A DNA stretch of 64,000 nucleotides, taken from contig OZ255842.1 of the NCBI GenBank assembly GCA_965277805.1, forward strand, positions 2,656,001 through 2,720,000. Reading direction: 5' to 3'. A model generated the notes under the pieces. The model was not told where the DNA came from. It saw only the letters and a list, made by a program, of their open reading frames with translations, and did no database searches. This document shows, in pieces, positions 9,151 through 19,093 of the stretch; within the stretch, counting starts at the first letter, position 1, and each line of letters starts with the position of its first letter. Source of the DNA: Candidatus Lustribacter sp. (GTDB taxonomy: Bacteria > Vulcanimicrobiota > Vulcanimicrobiia > Vulcanimicrobiales > Vulcanimicrobiaceae). A program made the position numbers and the translations under genes.

Positions 9151-9723
9151 ATGGGGGTACCGCGGAAGCCGCCGGAACCGCCGTCGCAAGAGGCGACGGA
9201 GTTCCTAGAACGCGCGATGGAGCAGTACGGCAAGGCCACGTACAACTTCGCCTACCGCCTGACCGGGAACGAGGCCGATGCCCGCGACCTGACCCAGGAG
9301 GCGTTTATTCGCGTCTACCGTGCCTGGCGGTCGTTTGTGCCCGGCACGTCCTTCTTGTCCTGGATTTACCGGATCGTCACGAATTTGCACCGGGATGAAC
9401 TTCGGCGGCAAAAAGGACGTTTCCAGGAAGAGATACCGGAAGACAACGCGCCCCAAGAGTATGGCGGGTCCAAACCGCTCGCGGTGGACCCCGTCGAGGA
9501 TTACATGGCGGAGCAGTTGGGCGGGCCGCTGGCTAAAGCGCTCTCTCAGCTCTCCCCCGACCAGCGACAAGTCATCGTCCTCGCCGACATCGAGGAATAC
9601 AGCTATCAGGAGATTGCCGAAATCATGGGGTGCTCGATCGGAACGGTACGGTCTCGCCTGCATCGCGCTCGCGCGTTGCTCCGCCGCCTAGTCATTCGCG
9701 AACAGCAGCAAGCTCAACCATAA
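9151..9723 (+). CDS. ECF RNA polymerase sigma factor
   Basis: DARDLTQEAF, SWIYRIVTN, SYQEIAEIMGCSIGTVRSRLHRAR. Confidence 0.95.
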   Translation: MGVPRKPPEPPSQEATEFLERAMEQYGKATYNFAYRLTGNEADARDLTQEAFIRVYRAWRSFVPGTSFLSWIYRIVTNLHRDELRRQKGRFQEEIPEDNAPQEYGGSKPLAVDPVEDYMAEQLGGPLAKALSQLSPDQRQVIVLADIEEYSYQEIAEIMGCSIGTVRSRLHRARALLRRLVIREQQQAQP

Positions 9724-9728
9724 AAACT

Positions 9729-10241
9729 ATGCATTACAACGCCGAAACCCTTGACGATTACCTGCACGGCGCGCTCGGACCCGAACGCGACGCAACGATT
9801 CACGCTCATTTGGAAGGCTGCGCGACGTGTCGCGCGCTCTACGACGAAGGCGCCTCGGTGCGCGACTGGCTGCAGAACGCGGCCCGCGCGGAAGAGCGCG
9901 AGTTTCCTTCGATCATCAAAGCACGCGTGTGGGAACGCGTGCGCGCGATACCCGCACCGGTGTCGTTCGCCGATCGCTTGCGCGCCTTGTGGCGCCCGAT
10001 GATCGCGGTGCCGATTGCCGCCGTCCTCGCGGCCTTCGTGTACGTTGGGGTGCCCGGAATTCACGGCAGCGGTCAACCGGCCGGCGTTGCGGCGACGTAT
10101 CTGCTCGAAGAACACGCTGCTCTCGCCTCCGACAACCCGCTCGCCGATCGCGGCCTGATCGTACCCGCATCGATGGTCGACGATCGGCAAACCAGCGGCT
10201 TGATCGAAGCGACCGATACGGCGGCCGCATCCGACCGGTAG
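9729..10241 (+). CDS. Zinc-binding (zf-HC2) membrane anti-sigma factor
   Basis: HLEGCATC (HxxxCxxC), one TM helix, follows the sigma gene. Confidence 0.88.
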   Translation: MHYNAETLDDYLHGALGPERDATIHAHLEGCATCRALYDEGASVRDWLQNAARAEEREFPSIIKARVWERVRAIPAPVSFADRLRALWRPMIAVPIAAVLAAFVYVGVPGIHGSGQPAGVAATYLLEEHAALASDNPLADRGLIVPASMVDDRQTSGLIEATDTAAASDR

Positions 10242-10243
10242 CG

Positions 10244-11290
10244 ATGCTTCGGCTCGCAGCGGCGCTCGCGATCGGAGCGGCGTTCATGTTGCCTATGGCC
10301 GCGCTGGCGGCGAAAAAGCCGGCCACGCCGCCGGCGCCCGACGCGAACGCGCTCGTGCGCGAAGCGCTCGAAGCGCCGCGCCACGTTTCGTACGTCGGGC
10401 AAATGCAAACGATCCGCTGGGGCACGCGTGTGGCCAACGCGACGATCCAGCGCGTCGAGCACCTCGCTCCCTCGAGCACGCGCCGCACGTTCCTCGCGCC
10501 CGAAGCGCTCTACGGCGAGTACGACATCACGCTCGGCACGACCACGACGAAGATCGATCCCAAGCAGCGCCGCGCGATGGTCTCGGAAAACCCGTCGTCC
10601 GACAACGAAATCGCGATGAACAGCAACATCGCGCTGCTGGTCGCCAACTACCGCGCAGTCATAGGTCCGGTCGAGATCGTCGCGGCGCGTCCGGCGACAA
10701 CGATTTCGCTCGTGAACCGCTACACCGGCGAACGCATGATGCGCTTGTGGATCGACAACGCCACCAAAGTCGTGCTGGCGAAAGAAGCCTACCACCAAGA
10801 CGGATCGCTGGCATGGCGCTCGCGCTTCGATGATATCCGCTTCACCGGTGAAATCCCGAACGGCATCTTCTCAACCGCGATTCCGTCCGACTTCCAGCAA
10901 GTCGAAGGCCGGCGCTTCGCCGACATCAACGACGATCTGCAGCAGACGCTCGAAGATGCCGGCTTCAAGCCGGAAAATCCGAAGTATCTCCCCGATGGTT
11001 TCCACATCATCGGCGCGGAGAACTCGATCTTCCGCGGCCTGCACAACCTGCATCTGCTCTACAGCGACGGTATTCGCACGCTCTCGCTCTTCGAGAACAA
11101 CTCCGACTCCGAACCTGATTTCGGCGACGTGAAGCCGTCGATCACCCACTTCGAAGGCCACGACGCGCAGTACGTCAAGGACGGCCCCACCACGCTCCTC
11201 ACCTGGCGCGAACACGGCCTTGCCTTCGCCCTCATCGGCGACCTCGACCTAAAAAACCTAACCGAAATAGCGATAAGCGTCGTCCCCTAA
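10244..11290 (+). CDS. RseB/MucB-family periplasmic regulator
   Basis: Signal peptide, LWIDNAT, YLPDGF, YSDGIRTLSLFE. Confidence 0.82.
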   Translation: MLRLAAALAIGAAFMLPMAALAAKKPATPPAPDANALVREALEAPRHVSYVGQMQTIRWGTRVANATIQRVEHLAPSSTRRTFLAPEALYGEYDITLGTTTTKIDPKQRRAMVSENPSSDNEIAMNSNIALLVANYRAVIGPVEIVAARPATTISLVNRYTGERMMRLWIDNATKVVLAKEAYHQDGSLAWRSRFDDIRFTGEIPNGIFSTAIPSDFQQVEGRRFADINDDLQQTLEDAGFKPENPKYLPDGFHIIGAENSIFRGLHNLHLLYSDGIRTLSLFENNSDSEPDFGDVKPSITHFEGHDAQYVKDGPTTLLTWREHGLAFALIGDLDLKNLTEIAISVVP

Positions 11291-11295
11291 AATTC

Positions 11296-11341
11296 TGTCA
11301 TCCTGAACGCCGCGCCCTGCGGCGCTTCGCTCGGGATGACA
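11296..11341. repeat. REP-like hairpin, copy 3, between convergent genes
   Basis: TGTCATCCTGA...TCGGGATGACA inverted repeat. Confidence 0.65.
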
Positions 11342-11344
11342 ATT

Positions 11345-13084
11345 TTACGATGGGGCTAAGCCGATGGCGTAGCCGTTGCGGCCGCGGTGTTTTACTTCGT
11401 AGAGGGCGGCGTCGGCGGCTTTGAGCATGTCGACCGGGTTTTCGGCGTCGATTGGGAAGACGGCGCAGCCGACGCTGATCGTGACGCGAATGTCGTGCGC
11501 GCCGGCGTGCAGCGTTTGATCGCGGATCGCGCAGAGTTTGGCGGCGAGTTCTTCGGCCTGCTTTTGTGTGTCGATCTCCGGCTGCAGCACCACGAACTCA
11601 TCGCCGCCGATGCGGCCGATCGTATCGCTATCGCGCAGCACCGAGCGCAGCCAGGACGAGACCGCGATCAGCACGGCGTCGCCCACGTGATGGCCATAGG
11701 TGTCGTTGATCGTCTTGAAGTGATCGATGTCTACGTAGTGCGCCGCGAACGAACGCCGGTGACGGCGCGCCGAGAGCAGCGTCTGTTCGAGACGGTCTTG
11801 CAGCAGCGCGCGATTGGGCAGGCCGGTCAGCGCGTCGCCGAACGCCAGCGTATCGAGCCGCTTCGTGCGTTCGCCCTGCTGGATCGCCGAACCGATCAGC
11901 ACGCCCAGCGCGCGGATGTAGTCACGATCGATCGTCGAGATATTCATCGGCTCGCCGGTTTGCACGAACGCGACCGCGCCGTAATGGCGGCCCTCGACGG
12001 CGAGCGCAACGCCGGCCAGCGAGGGCGGGTATGCCGACGGGTCGGAAAACACGAACACGTCTTCGGTCTCGAGTTCGGCGCGAATGCGCCCGCGTTCCGC
12101 ATCGTGCGGGATCTTCTCCGGCCGCGTGCCGGCGCTGAACATGATGCTGAAGCTTTCGTCATCGAAACGCGCGACGTAGGCCCACTCCGCACCCAGCTCC
12201 GCCAGGCCCGCTTCGAGGGCCGTTTTCACGCGTTCGTCCTGCGCGACGCTGGCCGCGGCGGCGATGCGGTAGAGCTCGGCGATGCGCGTCGCTTGGCGGG
12301 CCGAATTGCGCGCCGCCCGCCGCCCCTCGGTGACGTCGCGGATCATGCTGCAGAAGCCGCGTACTTCGCCGTCGATGAGCAACGGCACGCGCCGGCCGCT
12401 GATGTCGCGGGCGCTGCCGTTTTTGGTGTGGATCGGGTGCTCGAACTCCGTCGTCTCGCCGCGCAGCATCGCATCGCGCACTGCCTCGACGTCGTAGCCG
12501 GTTTCCGGGCCGAACATTGCCGGCGTTTGCCCGATCATTTCGTCGACCGTGTAGCCGGTCAGGCGCTCGCACGCGCCGTTCACGCGCAGAAACCGGCTCT
12601 CCAGATCGTGCAGCGCAAGCGCGTCGGGGTGGCTTTCGAAGAGCGAACGGAACTGCTGTTCGGAGCGCATGAACTGCCCGAGCACATCTTGGCGTTTGCG
12701 CAGATCGCGGGCAAAGCCGACGACGCCGACGATCCGGTCGTCGAGGCGCGCCGGCACGAGCCGCGTGCTAACGGGAATCGGCTGGCCGTCGGCGCCGACG
12801 AACGTGCTGGTGCCTTCCACGCTCTGGCCGTGCGTCACGCAATGCGCGAACGCCCGCGCAGCTTTCGTGGCCGCCTCGAGCGTCATGTGCTCGGCGAAAT
12901 GGCGCCCGAGCATATCGGCAGCTCGCTCGGTCCCGAGCATGGCTTTTGCCACGGCGTTTCCGGCCATGACCCGGCCCTCGAGATCGTAAATCGCGATAGC
13001 ATCCGACGACCGCCGGAACGTCTCGGGGACTCGTTCGAGCAGCTTCAGATAATCGCGGATGTCCGCCGGAACGTTATCACTCAT
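11345..13084 (-). CDS. PAS-PAS-GAF diguanylate cyclase
   Basis: DALTGLPNR, DIDHFKTINDTYGH, RIGGDEF, two PAS domains. Confidence 0.93.
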   Translation of the reverse strand: MSDNVPADIRDYLKLLERVPETFRRSSDAIAIYDLEGRVMAGNAVAKAMLGTERAADMLGRHFAEHMTLEAATKAARAFAHCVTHGQSVEGTSTFVGADGQPIPVSTRLVPARLDDRIVGVVGFARDLRKRQDVLGQFMRSEQQFRSLFESHPDALALHDLESRFLRVNGACERLTGYTVDEMIGQTPAMFGPETGYDVEAVRDAMLRGETTEFEHPIHTKNGSARDISGRRVPLLIDGEVRGFCSMIRDVTEGRRAARNSARQATRIAELYRIAAAASVAQDERVKTALEAGLAELGAEWAYVARFDDESFSIMFSAGTRPEKIPHDAERGRIRAELETEDVFVFSDPSAYPPSLAGVALAVEGRHYGAVAFVQTGEPMNISTIDRDYIRALGVLIGSAIQQGERTKRLDTLAFGDALTGLPNRALLQDRLEQTLLSARRHRRSFAAHYVDIDHFKTINDTYGHHVGDAVLIAVSSWLRSVLRDSDTIGRIGGDEFVVLQPEIDTQKQAEELAAKLCAIRDQTLHAGAHDIRVTISVGCAVFPIDAENPVDMLKAADAALYEVKHRGRNGYAIGLAPS

Positions 13085-13147
13085 AGAAGAACGGCGGTGC
13101 CTTTCGACCCCGCCGTTCTAGATATTCGGTCAGCCCGAGAAAGAACC

Positions 13148-13519
13148 TTACTGCGCGGGTGCCTGCCGAGGACCGTTTGGTTTCATGTGACGCGCTTGCG
13201 CCAACTGCGCGTGGAAGCGGGTGCGCTGATCGGGCGTGAGCACGCCTTCGATCTGCCGGCGTTCGGTCTCACGCGAGTTCTTCATGATGCCCGCGATCTG
13301 CTGTTGCTGCGCGGGAGAGAGACCGAGCCCGCGCATCGCGCGCATGTACGGATTGCGAATGCGGTGGTGACGGCCGGGTTGCTGTTGCAGCTGTTGCTGC
13401 TGTTGGACCGCCGGTGCAGATCCGGGAGCACCGGGATTGGGGAACGTTTGCGCTGATGCTGCCAGCGGCATGGCGAAGGCTGCGAGTAACGCGAGCGCTC
13501 CTAGATGATGTCGAACCAC
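13148..13519 (-). CDS. Spy/CpxP-like (LTxxQ) periplasmic protein
   Basis: GAGGAG RBS and GTG start, signal peptide, LSPAQ and VLTPDQR motifs. Confidence 0.7.
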   Translation of the reverse strand: MVRHHLGALALLAAFAMPLAASAQTFPNPGAPGSAPAVQQQQQLQQQPGRHHRIRNPYMRAMRGLGLSPAQQQQIAGIMKNSRETERRQIEGVLTPDQRTRFHAQLAQARHMKPNGPRQAPAQ

Positions 13520-13578
13520 GGGATAACTCCTCGACGAAAGCGGTGTATACACCCTACGTCGGGGAGCCGCAAATCATC

Positions 13579-14187
13579 CTAAGAATGCGATGAGAGTATG
13601 CCGTTGAGCGCTGTTTGCAGCTCCGGCGGCGTGAGCTCGCCGCTGTTGACGTAACGGACAACCTTGTTGCTATCGATCATCACGATCGTCGGATAGCCGC
13701 CTTGCAGATACTCGTTGGCGATTTTCAGATCGGGATCGAACGCGATCGGATAGGTGACGTTGAGCTTCTGCACCCACTCGTTGATGTCGGCCTGATTTTC
13801 CGGCGAGCTGCCGTCGATACCGTACGGGCTGCCGGAAACGCCGATGAAGGCGACCTTGCCGGCATACTGTTTGGCGAGCGCATCGACGATCGGAACTTCG
13901 TGCTGACAGTGCGGGCACCACGACGCGAACACTTCGAGAAAGACCGGCGTGTTCACGGTCGCGAGATCGAACGGACCGGCGTTGCTCGTGATTTGGAACG
14001 TCGGCGCGGTCGAACCGACCTTGATCTTCGTCGCATCCGGGTTGACCGTCTGCGCGGCGTTCGAAATCGCACCGGTGTTGGCGAAGTGAATCGCCAGACC
14101 GGCAGCGATGACGACGATCGCGACCGTGATGTAAATCAAGGTCTTCCGGTTGAGCCAGCCGGACGGGGGTGCTGCTGCCTTACTCAT
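13579..14187 (-). CDS. TlpA/ResA-like membrane-anchored thioredoxin
   Basis: FASWCPHC, GYPT, N-terminal TM helix. Confidence 0.88.
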   Translation of the reverse strand: MSKAAAPPSGWLNRKTLIYITVAIVVIAAGLAIHFANTGAISNAAQTVNPDATKIKVGSTAPTFQITSNAGPFDLATVNTPVFLEVFASWCPHCQHEVPIVDALAKQYAGKVAFIGVSGSPYGIDGSSPENQADINEWVQKLNVTYPIAFDPDLKIANEYLQGGYPTIVMIDSNKVVRYVNSGELTPPELQTALNGILSSHS

Positions 14188-14623
14188 GACTCTCCATTCT
14201 CCGATCCAGGGCCAGCGCCCCGGGAGCTTTCCAGGCGATGATGACGCCCACCAGCGTCAAGCCGAGGTCGCGACCGACTTCGGGCCACGACGTCGTGGCT
14301 TTGTCGCTCGGGCCGAAGCAACCGCACGACGTGCTGATGCCGCGCATCACGGCCGATGCGATAGCGACCGAGAACAGCGCCATTTCGGCCGCGGCAAACC
14401 ACGCGGCAAAGCGCGTGAACAAACCGAGCACGAGATACGCGCCGATCATCAATTCGAGAAACGGCAACAGCAGCGCGAGCGGCGCGATCAGCGGATGCGG
14501 CAACAGTTGGAAGCCGGCGATCTCCGATGCGAATACGTCGGCATGGCCGACCTTGAGCGCGCCGGCCGCAAGAAACACCCCGCCGAGGGCGATGCGCAAG
14601 ACGAGTATCACGCGCGCGGTCAT
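14180..14623 (-). CDS. MauE/DoxX-family membrane protein
   Basis: LPFLELMIG, SCGCFG. Confidence 0.85.
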   Translation of the reverse strand: MTARVILVLRIALGGVFLAAGALKVGHADVFASEIAGFQLLPHPLIAPLALLLPFLELMIGAYLVLGLFTRFAAWFAAAEMALFSVAIASAVMRGISTSCGCFGPSDKATTSWPEVGRDLGLTLVGVIIAWKAPGALALDRRMESHE

Positions 14624-15624
14624 CGCGCGGCTGCTGCTTCCAGCACGGCGCGCTGTTCGGGCGGGATCGCCCCGGTTTGCGCCGGGTCGACCGGCAGCGC
14701 GTCGTCGTAACCGACGATCGTATCGGCGACGCACGCCGCCAACGCGCTCGGGTCGTAACCGCCCTCGAGCACGAACAGCGCGCGGCCGTTGCAGTAGTCA
14801 TCGGCGATTTCGCGGATCAAGCGGCCGATCTGACCGGCCGCGCTCGTCGACACGCCGAGATCGCCGACCGGATCGCCGGCCACGAAGTCGTAACCCGCGC
14901 TGACGATGATGATGCCCGGCTTCACGCGCTTGGCGAGCGTGCGTAACGCCGACGTCCAAATCGCAACGAACGCTTCGGTGGAAATGCCCGACGCCGCAAG
15001 CGGGACGTTGACGAGCTGCCCGTCGGAGGCAGCGCGATTGTCGCGCGCGGAACCGGTTCCCGGATACGCCGGCATCGCATGGGTGGAAAGATACGAGAGG
15101 CCGCGTCCGACGAGCGCCTGCGTGCCGTTGCCGTGATGGTAGTCGATGTCGGCGATAATCGCGGGCCGGCCGGTTTCGGCCGAGAACGCGCGCGCCGCGA
15201 TCGCCGCGTTGTTGAAAAGGCAAAAGCCCATGCCCCGCGCGGGTTCGGCGTGATGTCCGGGCGGGCGCACGAGCGCAAACGCCGCGCGCTTCGCTGCCGT
15301 AGCGTGAGCGAGCGCGGCTAACGCCCCGCCCGCCGCGTGCAGTGCGCCCTCGAACGACGTGGCGCCGATATCGGTATCGCCGGTCGTCAGCTCGTTGTAC
15401 TCGTTGATGTCGAGCCGCTGACATTCACGCTTCGCCAACTCGATATACGTTGTGTCGTGCGCGAGCGCGATCTCCGATTCCGTTGCGCGCCGCGTATCGA
15501 TCCGCTCGTCGAGCAATCCCCGGCGTTCCAGCTCGGCCGCCACCACGCGAACGCGGTCGGGCTGCTCGACATGGTGGACACCGGCGAGGTGACGGGTGAG
15601 CGACTCGTCATACGCGACGAGCAT
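14620..15624 (-). CDS. Histone deacetylase family protein
   Basis: RPPGHHAE, GFCLFNN, DYHHGNGTQ, SAGYD, LEGGY. Confidence 0.95.
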   Translation of the reverse strand: MLVAYDESLTRHLAGVHHVEQPDRVRVVAAELERRGLLDERIDTRRATESEIALAHDTTYIELAKRECQRLDINEYNELTTGDTDIGATSFEGALHAAGGALAALAHATAAKRAAFALVRPPGHHAEPARGMGFCLFNNAAIAARAFSAETGRPAIIADIDYHHGNGTQALVGRGLSYLSTHAMPAYPGTGSARDNRAASDGQLVNVPLAASGISTEAFVAIWTSALRTLAKRVKPGIIIVSAGYDFVAGDPVGDLGVSTSAAGQIGRLIREIADDYCNGRALFVLEGGYDPSALAACVADTIVGYDDALPVDPAQTGAIPPEQRAVLEAAAAR

Positions 15625-15629
15625 CGTCG

Positions 15630-17213
15630 TTAGTGCTTCGGAGCCGCGCTCGGACTCGGTTTCGGTTTCGGCTTGAGGGCCGTGGTTGAAACCGGTTTGG
15701 CCGCGGATTTATGATCGTAGCTCGCGATGATTTGCTGCACTTGCGTGTAGCCTTGCGTCCCGGGCTTGAGGAAGGTGAGGAAACGCACGTAGGTCGCCTT
15801 CGCCTTCTGCGGCTGGTTTGCGCCCTGATAGGCCGTGGCCATGCTGTAGAGGATGCCCGGATTCGCCTTGACCAGCGGCGCGGCGTTCTTGTCGAGCGTC
15901 TCGTAGATCTGGACCGCTTCGGGCCAATTCTTCGAGGCTTGATCGGCGGCGGCGAGCCCGACGAGCGCGTCCGGCGTCTTCGCCAAGTTGAACGATGCCT
16001 TGAAGGCATCGCGCGCGGCGTTCGGATTTTTCGCCGCGAGGTAGGCTTGACCGAGCAGCATGTACGCGCGCGGATCGTTGGCGTCGACTTCCGTCAGGCG
16101 CTTGTAGTTCGTGACGGCTTTGTTGAAGTCGTTGGACTCGGCGGCGGCCTGGCCCAAACGCGCGAGCGCTTCCGGGTTGTCGTTATTCGGACCGGCGGCC
16201 GTGGTCCACTCGCGCAGGGCACCGGTTTTGTCGTTCACCGCTTGGAGATAGTCGCCGTACGCGAGGTGCGACTGCGGCAAGTTGCCGTAGCTGTCGATCG
16301 CGCGGCGGAAGGCCGCGTCGGCGTCGGTGTTCTGTTTTTCGCGCGCGTAGACGAGGCCCATCTGATCGGTGATGCCGGCCTTCTGCGCCTGATCGGGAAG
16401 CAGACCCAGGAGGGTGTTGTACGTATCGATCGACGTTTTGACGTCGTGCTGCGCGGAGGCGAGCTCGGCCTTGCCGGCCAGCGCTTCCAAGTCTTTGGGA
16501 TCGAGCGCGAGCGCCTTGTCGAACAGCGGCATCGCGAGGGCGAGCGAGTTCTGGTCTTCGTAGGTGCGCGCTTCGAGGATGTACGGATGCGGGTCTTTGG
16601 GATTGGCCTTCGCGACCGATTCGAACTGCGCACGCGCTTCGTCGTACTTCTTCTCAACGGCAAGAACGAAGCCGAGATTTTCGGCCGCCTCGGTCGAGTT
16701 GGCGTTGAACGTCAGCGCACGGCGGGCGACGCGCTCGGCGTCGGCCGGACGGTTCGCCGTCATGTACATCTGCGTGAGCGCCTGCAACACTTGCATGTTG
16801 GTCGGCTCGAGGTTCGCCGCTTGCTCCATGCTCGCGATGCCCGCGTCGGCCTTACCCAACGCCGCCTGCGAGGCGCCGTCGACGAAGTAGACCTGCGCGT
16901 TCTTCGTTCCGCCGGCGAGCAGCTTCTGCGTCAACTGCACGGCAAGGTCGGGCCGGTTGGCCTGCAGATACATCAGCGACAACTGCATCATCGAGTCTTT
17001 GTCGTTGGGGTTCGCCTTCAGCGCGGCTTCGAGACGCGGGATCGCGTGATCCAGCGCTTCGGGGGTCGCGGTCGGGGAAGGCGCAGCCGATGGTGATGCG
17101 GACGGCGCTGCGGCGGGCTTGCCTGCGGCACCGGCGGGGTTCGAGATACCGACGGCGACCGCGGCGGCAATTGCGCCGGCGGCGAACAGGACGGAAGAAC
17201 GGAAACGGATCAC
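15630..17213 (-). CDS. Secreted tetratricopeptide-repeat protein
   Basis: Signal peptide, Ala/Pro linker, multiple TPR units; start placed at GTG 17213. Confidence 0.85.
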   Translation of the reverse strand: MIRFRSSVLFAAGAIAAAVAVGISNPAGAAGKPAAAPSASPSAAPSPTATPEALDHAIPRLEAALKANPNDKDSMMQLSLMYLQANRPDLAVQLTQKLLAGGTKNAQVYFVDGASQAALGKADAGIASMEQAANLEPTNMQVLQALTQMYMTANRPADAERVARRALTFNANSTEAAENLGFVLAVEKKYDEARAQFESVAKANPKDPHPYILEARTYEDQNSLALAMPLFDKALALDPKDLEALAGKAELASAQHDVKTSIDTYNTLLGLLPDQAQKAGITDQMGLVYAREKQNTDADAAFRRAIDSYGNLPQSHLAYGDYLQAVNDKTGALREWTTAAGPNNDNPEALARLGQAAAESNDFNKAVTNYKRLTEVDANDPRAYMLLGQAYLAAKNPNAARDAFKASFNLAKTPDALVGLAAADQASKNWPEAVQIYETLDKNAAPLVKANPGILYSMATAYQGANQPQKAKATYVRFLTFLKPGTQGYTQVQQIIASYDHKSAAKPVSTTALKPKPKPSPSAAPKH

Positions 17214-17232
17214 GAGCAGCTCTTTCGGGGTG

Positions 17233-18216
17233 TTACGCGTGGGCGGCTTTCGCCTCACGAACGAGTTTGGTGAGTTCGGGGACAATGGCGAAGGCGTCGC
17301 CCACAACGAGCAAGTCCGCGAAATCGGCAATCGGAACGCCGGCGTCTTTGTTGATCGCGACGATCGTCGCGGCGGTACGCATGCCCACCTTATGTTGGAT
17401 GGCACCGGAAATCCCGACCGCAACATAGAGTGACGGGCTGATGGTCTTTCCGGTTTGTCCGACTTGATGGCCGTGCGAGACCCAGCCCGCGTCGACGGCC
17501 GCGCGCGAAGCGCCGACCGCGCCCCCAAACGCTTCGGCGAGATCGTGCAGAATGCCCGTGAACGGCTCCGGACCGCCCATGCCGCGCCCCCCGGAAACAA
17601 CGACCGACGCTTCCTCGACGCCTAGCTCGGCAGCCGCTTCCTCGACGTCGTCCTCGACGGTAACTGCGTATGACTTACCGCTCGGGGCAAGCGCCACGAT
17701 CTCGCCGGATCCGGCTTTGGGAGTCACGGCGAACACGTTCGGCCGTATCGCGGCCACACCGTAATCACAGTTCTTGAACGCGCAACTGGTAATCGTTGTT
17801 CCGCCGAGCTTGGGCGAGGCGCACACGACCCGCGCTTCGCTGACCTCGATAGCGGTCACGTCGGCGTTGATCCCCGCATCGACGCGCCCGGCGAAGCGCG
17901 AGCCGACGTCGCGTCCGATCAAGGTGTTGGCCATGATCACGAATGCCGGACCGGCAGCCCGCGCCACGGCCTCGAGCGCATCGACCAGCGGGTCGACGCC
18001 GGCCCGGCCGAGCCCGGCATCGTCGAGGACGTGGATGCGGTCGACCGGATACGCCTTGAGCGACTCCGCGACCGCGGCAGCGCCGGCGCCCGCAACGACG
18101 GCATGAACGATTCCACCGAGCGCGTCGGCGGCCGGCCGCGCGGCGCAGACCGCCTCGATCGACGAGCGGCGCGCGCTGCCGTTCTTGTGCTCGATGAACG
18201 CGATGACGTCTTTCAC
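17233..18216 (-). CDS. etfA: Electron transfer flavoprotein alpha subunit
   Basis: SGGRG, GASRAAVDAGW, QVGQTGK, GISGAIQH. Confidence 0.95.
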   Translation of the reverse strand: MKDVIAFIEHKNGSARRSSIEAVCAARPAADALGGIVHAVVAGAGAAAVAESLKAYPVDRIHVLDDAGLGRAGVDPLVDALEAVARAAGPAFVIMANTLIGRDVGSRFAGRVDAGINADVTAIEVSEARVVCASPKLGGTTITSCAFKNCDYGVAAIRPNVFAVTPKAGSGEIVALAPSGKSYAVTVEDDVEEAAAELGVEEASVVVSGGRGMGGPEPFTGILHDLAEAFGGAVGASRAAVDAGWVSHGHQVGQTGKTISPSLYVAVGISGAIQHKVGMRTAATIVAINKDAGVPIADFADLLVVGDAFAIVPELTKLVREAKAAHA

Positions 18217-19001
18217 AGCAGTTGCCGGCTCTTGAGAAACTCGAGCACGATGCGCGCGCCGTCCGCGCCGTCGGCCGCCGTGGCGGTGCGACCCTTCTCG
18301 CGTCCGGGCGGCGTTGCGAGCGCCAGCACTTCGGTACGCGAGCCGTCGCTGCCGACCGCCTTCGTCAAGCCGAGATCCGCAAGCGCGAGCGTCTTGATGT
18401 CCTTTTTCTTCGCGCCCATGATGCCTTTGAGCGACGGATAGCGCGGCTCGTTCGCGCTTTTCGTCACGCTCGCCAGTGCAGGCAACGGCGCGCTTATCGT
18501 TTGGTAGCCGGTTTCCGTTTCACGCTTGACGCGCAGCCGGCCGCCGTCAATTTCGAGAGCGCGCGCGTACGTGAGCGCGGGCACGCCGAGATACTCCGCC
18601 AGCATGCCGGGCAAATCACCCGAAATCGCATCGGTCGATTGCGTACCGGTGAGCACGAGATCGAAGCCGCCGGCTTTGATGCCGTGCGCGATCGCATACG
18701 CAGTCGCCCACAGATCCGAACCGGCGAGAGCGGGATCGGAGAGAATCACCGCATCGTCGGCGCCCATCGCGAGCGCTTTGCGCACGATCTCACGGCCGCT
18801 CTCGGGCGTCATCGAGAAAATCGTAACGGTCGAACCGTCGGCGAGTTTGTCACGCAACTGCAGCGCCGCTTCGATCGCGTATTCATCGAACGGGTTGAGC
18901 ACGATATCGACACCCGTGCGAACGAGGCGCTTCGTCGCCGGATCGATGCGTTTTTCGGCAGTCGTGTCCGGGACGAGTTTTACGGTGACGACGATCTTCA
19001 A
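18213..19001 (-). CDS. etfB: Electron transfer flavoprotein beta subunit
   Basis: KIVVTVKLVPD, NPFDEYA, ALAMGAD, NEPRYPSLKGIM. Confidence 0.95.
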   Translation of the reverse strand: MKIVVTVKLVPDTTAEKRIDPATKRLVRTGVDIVLNPFDEYAIEAALQLRDKLADGSTVTIFSMTPESGREIVRKALAMGADDAVILSDPALAGSDLWATAYAIAHGIKAGGFDLVLTGTQSTDAISGDLPGMLAEYLGVPALTYARALEIDGGRLRVKRETETGYQTISAPLPALASVTKSANEPRYPSLKGIMGAKKKDIKTLALADLGLTKAVGSDGSRTEVLALATPPGREKGRTATAADGADGARIVLEFLKSRQLL

Positions 19002-19093
19002 GAAGCCCAACCCCCGACACGCGAAACCCGGCTCGTGTGCCGGGCTTCGGAACGACTCGGGGTTCCCGCCGGATGCAGCGGGCTCCTAGTAAT

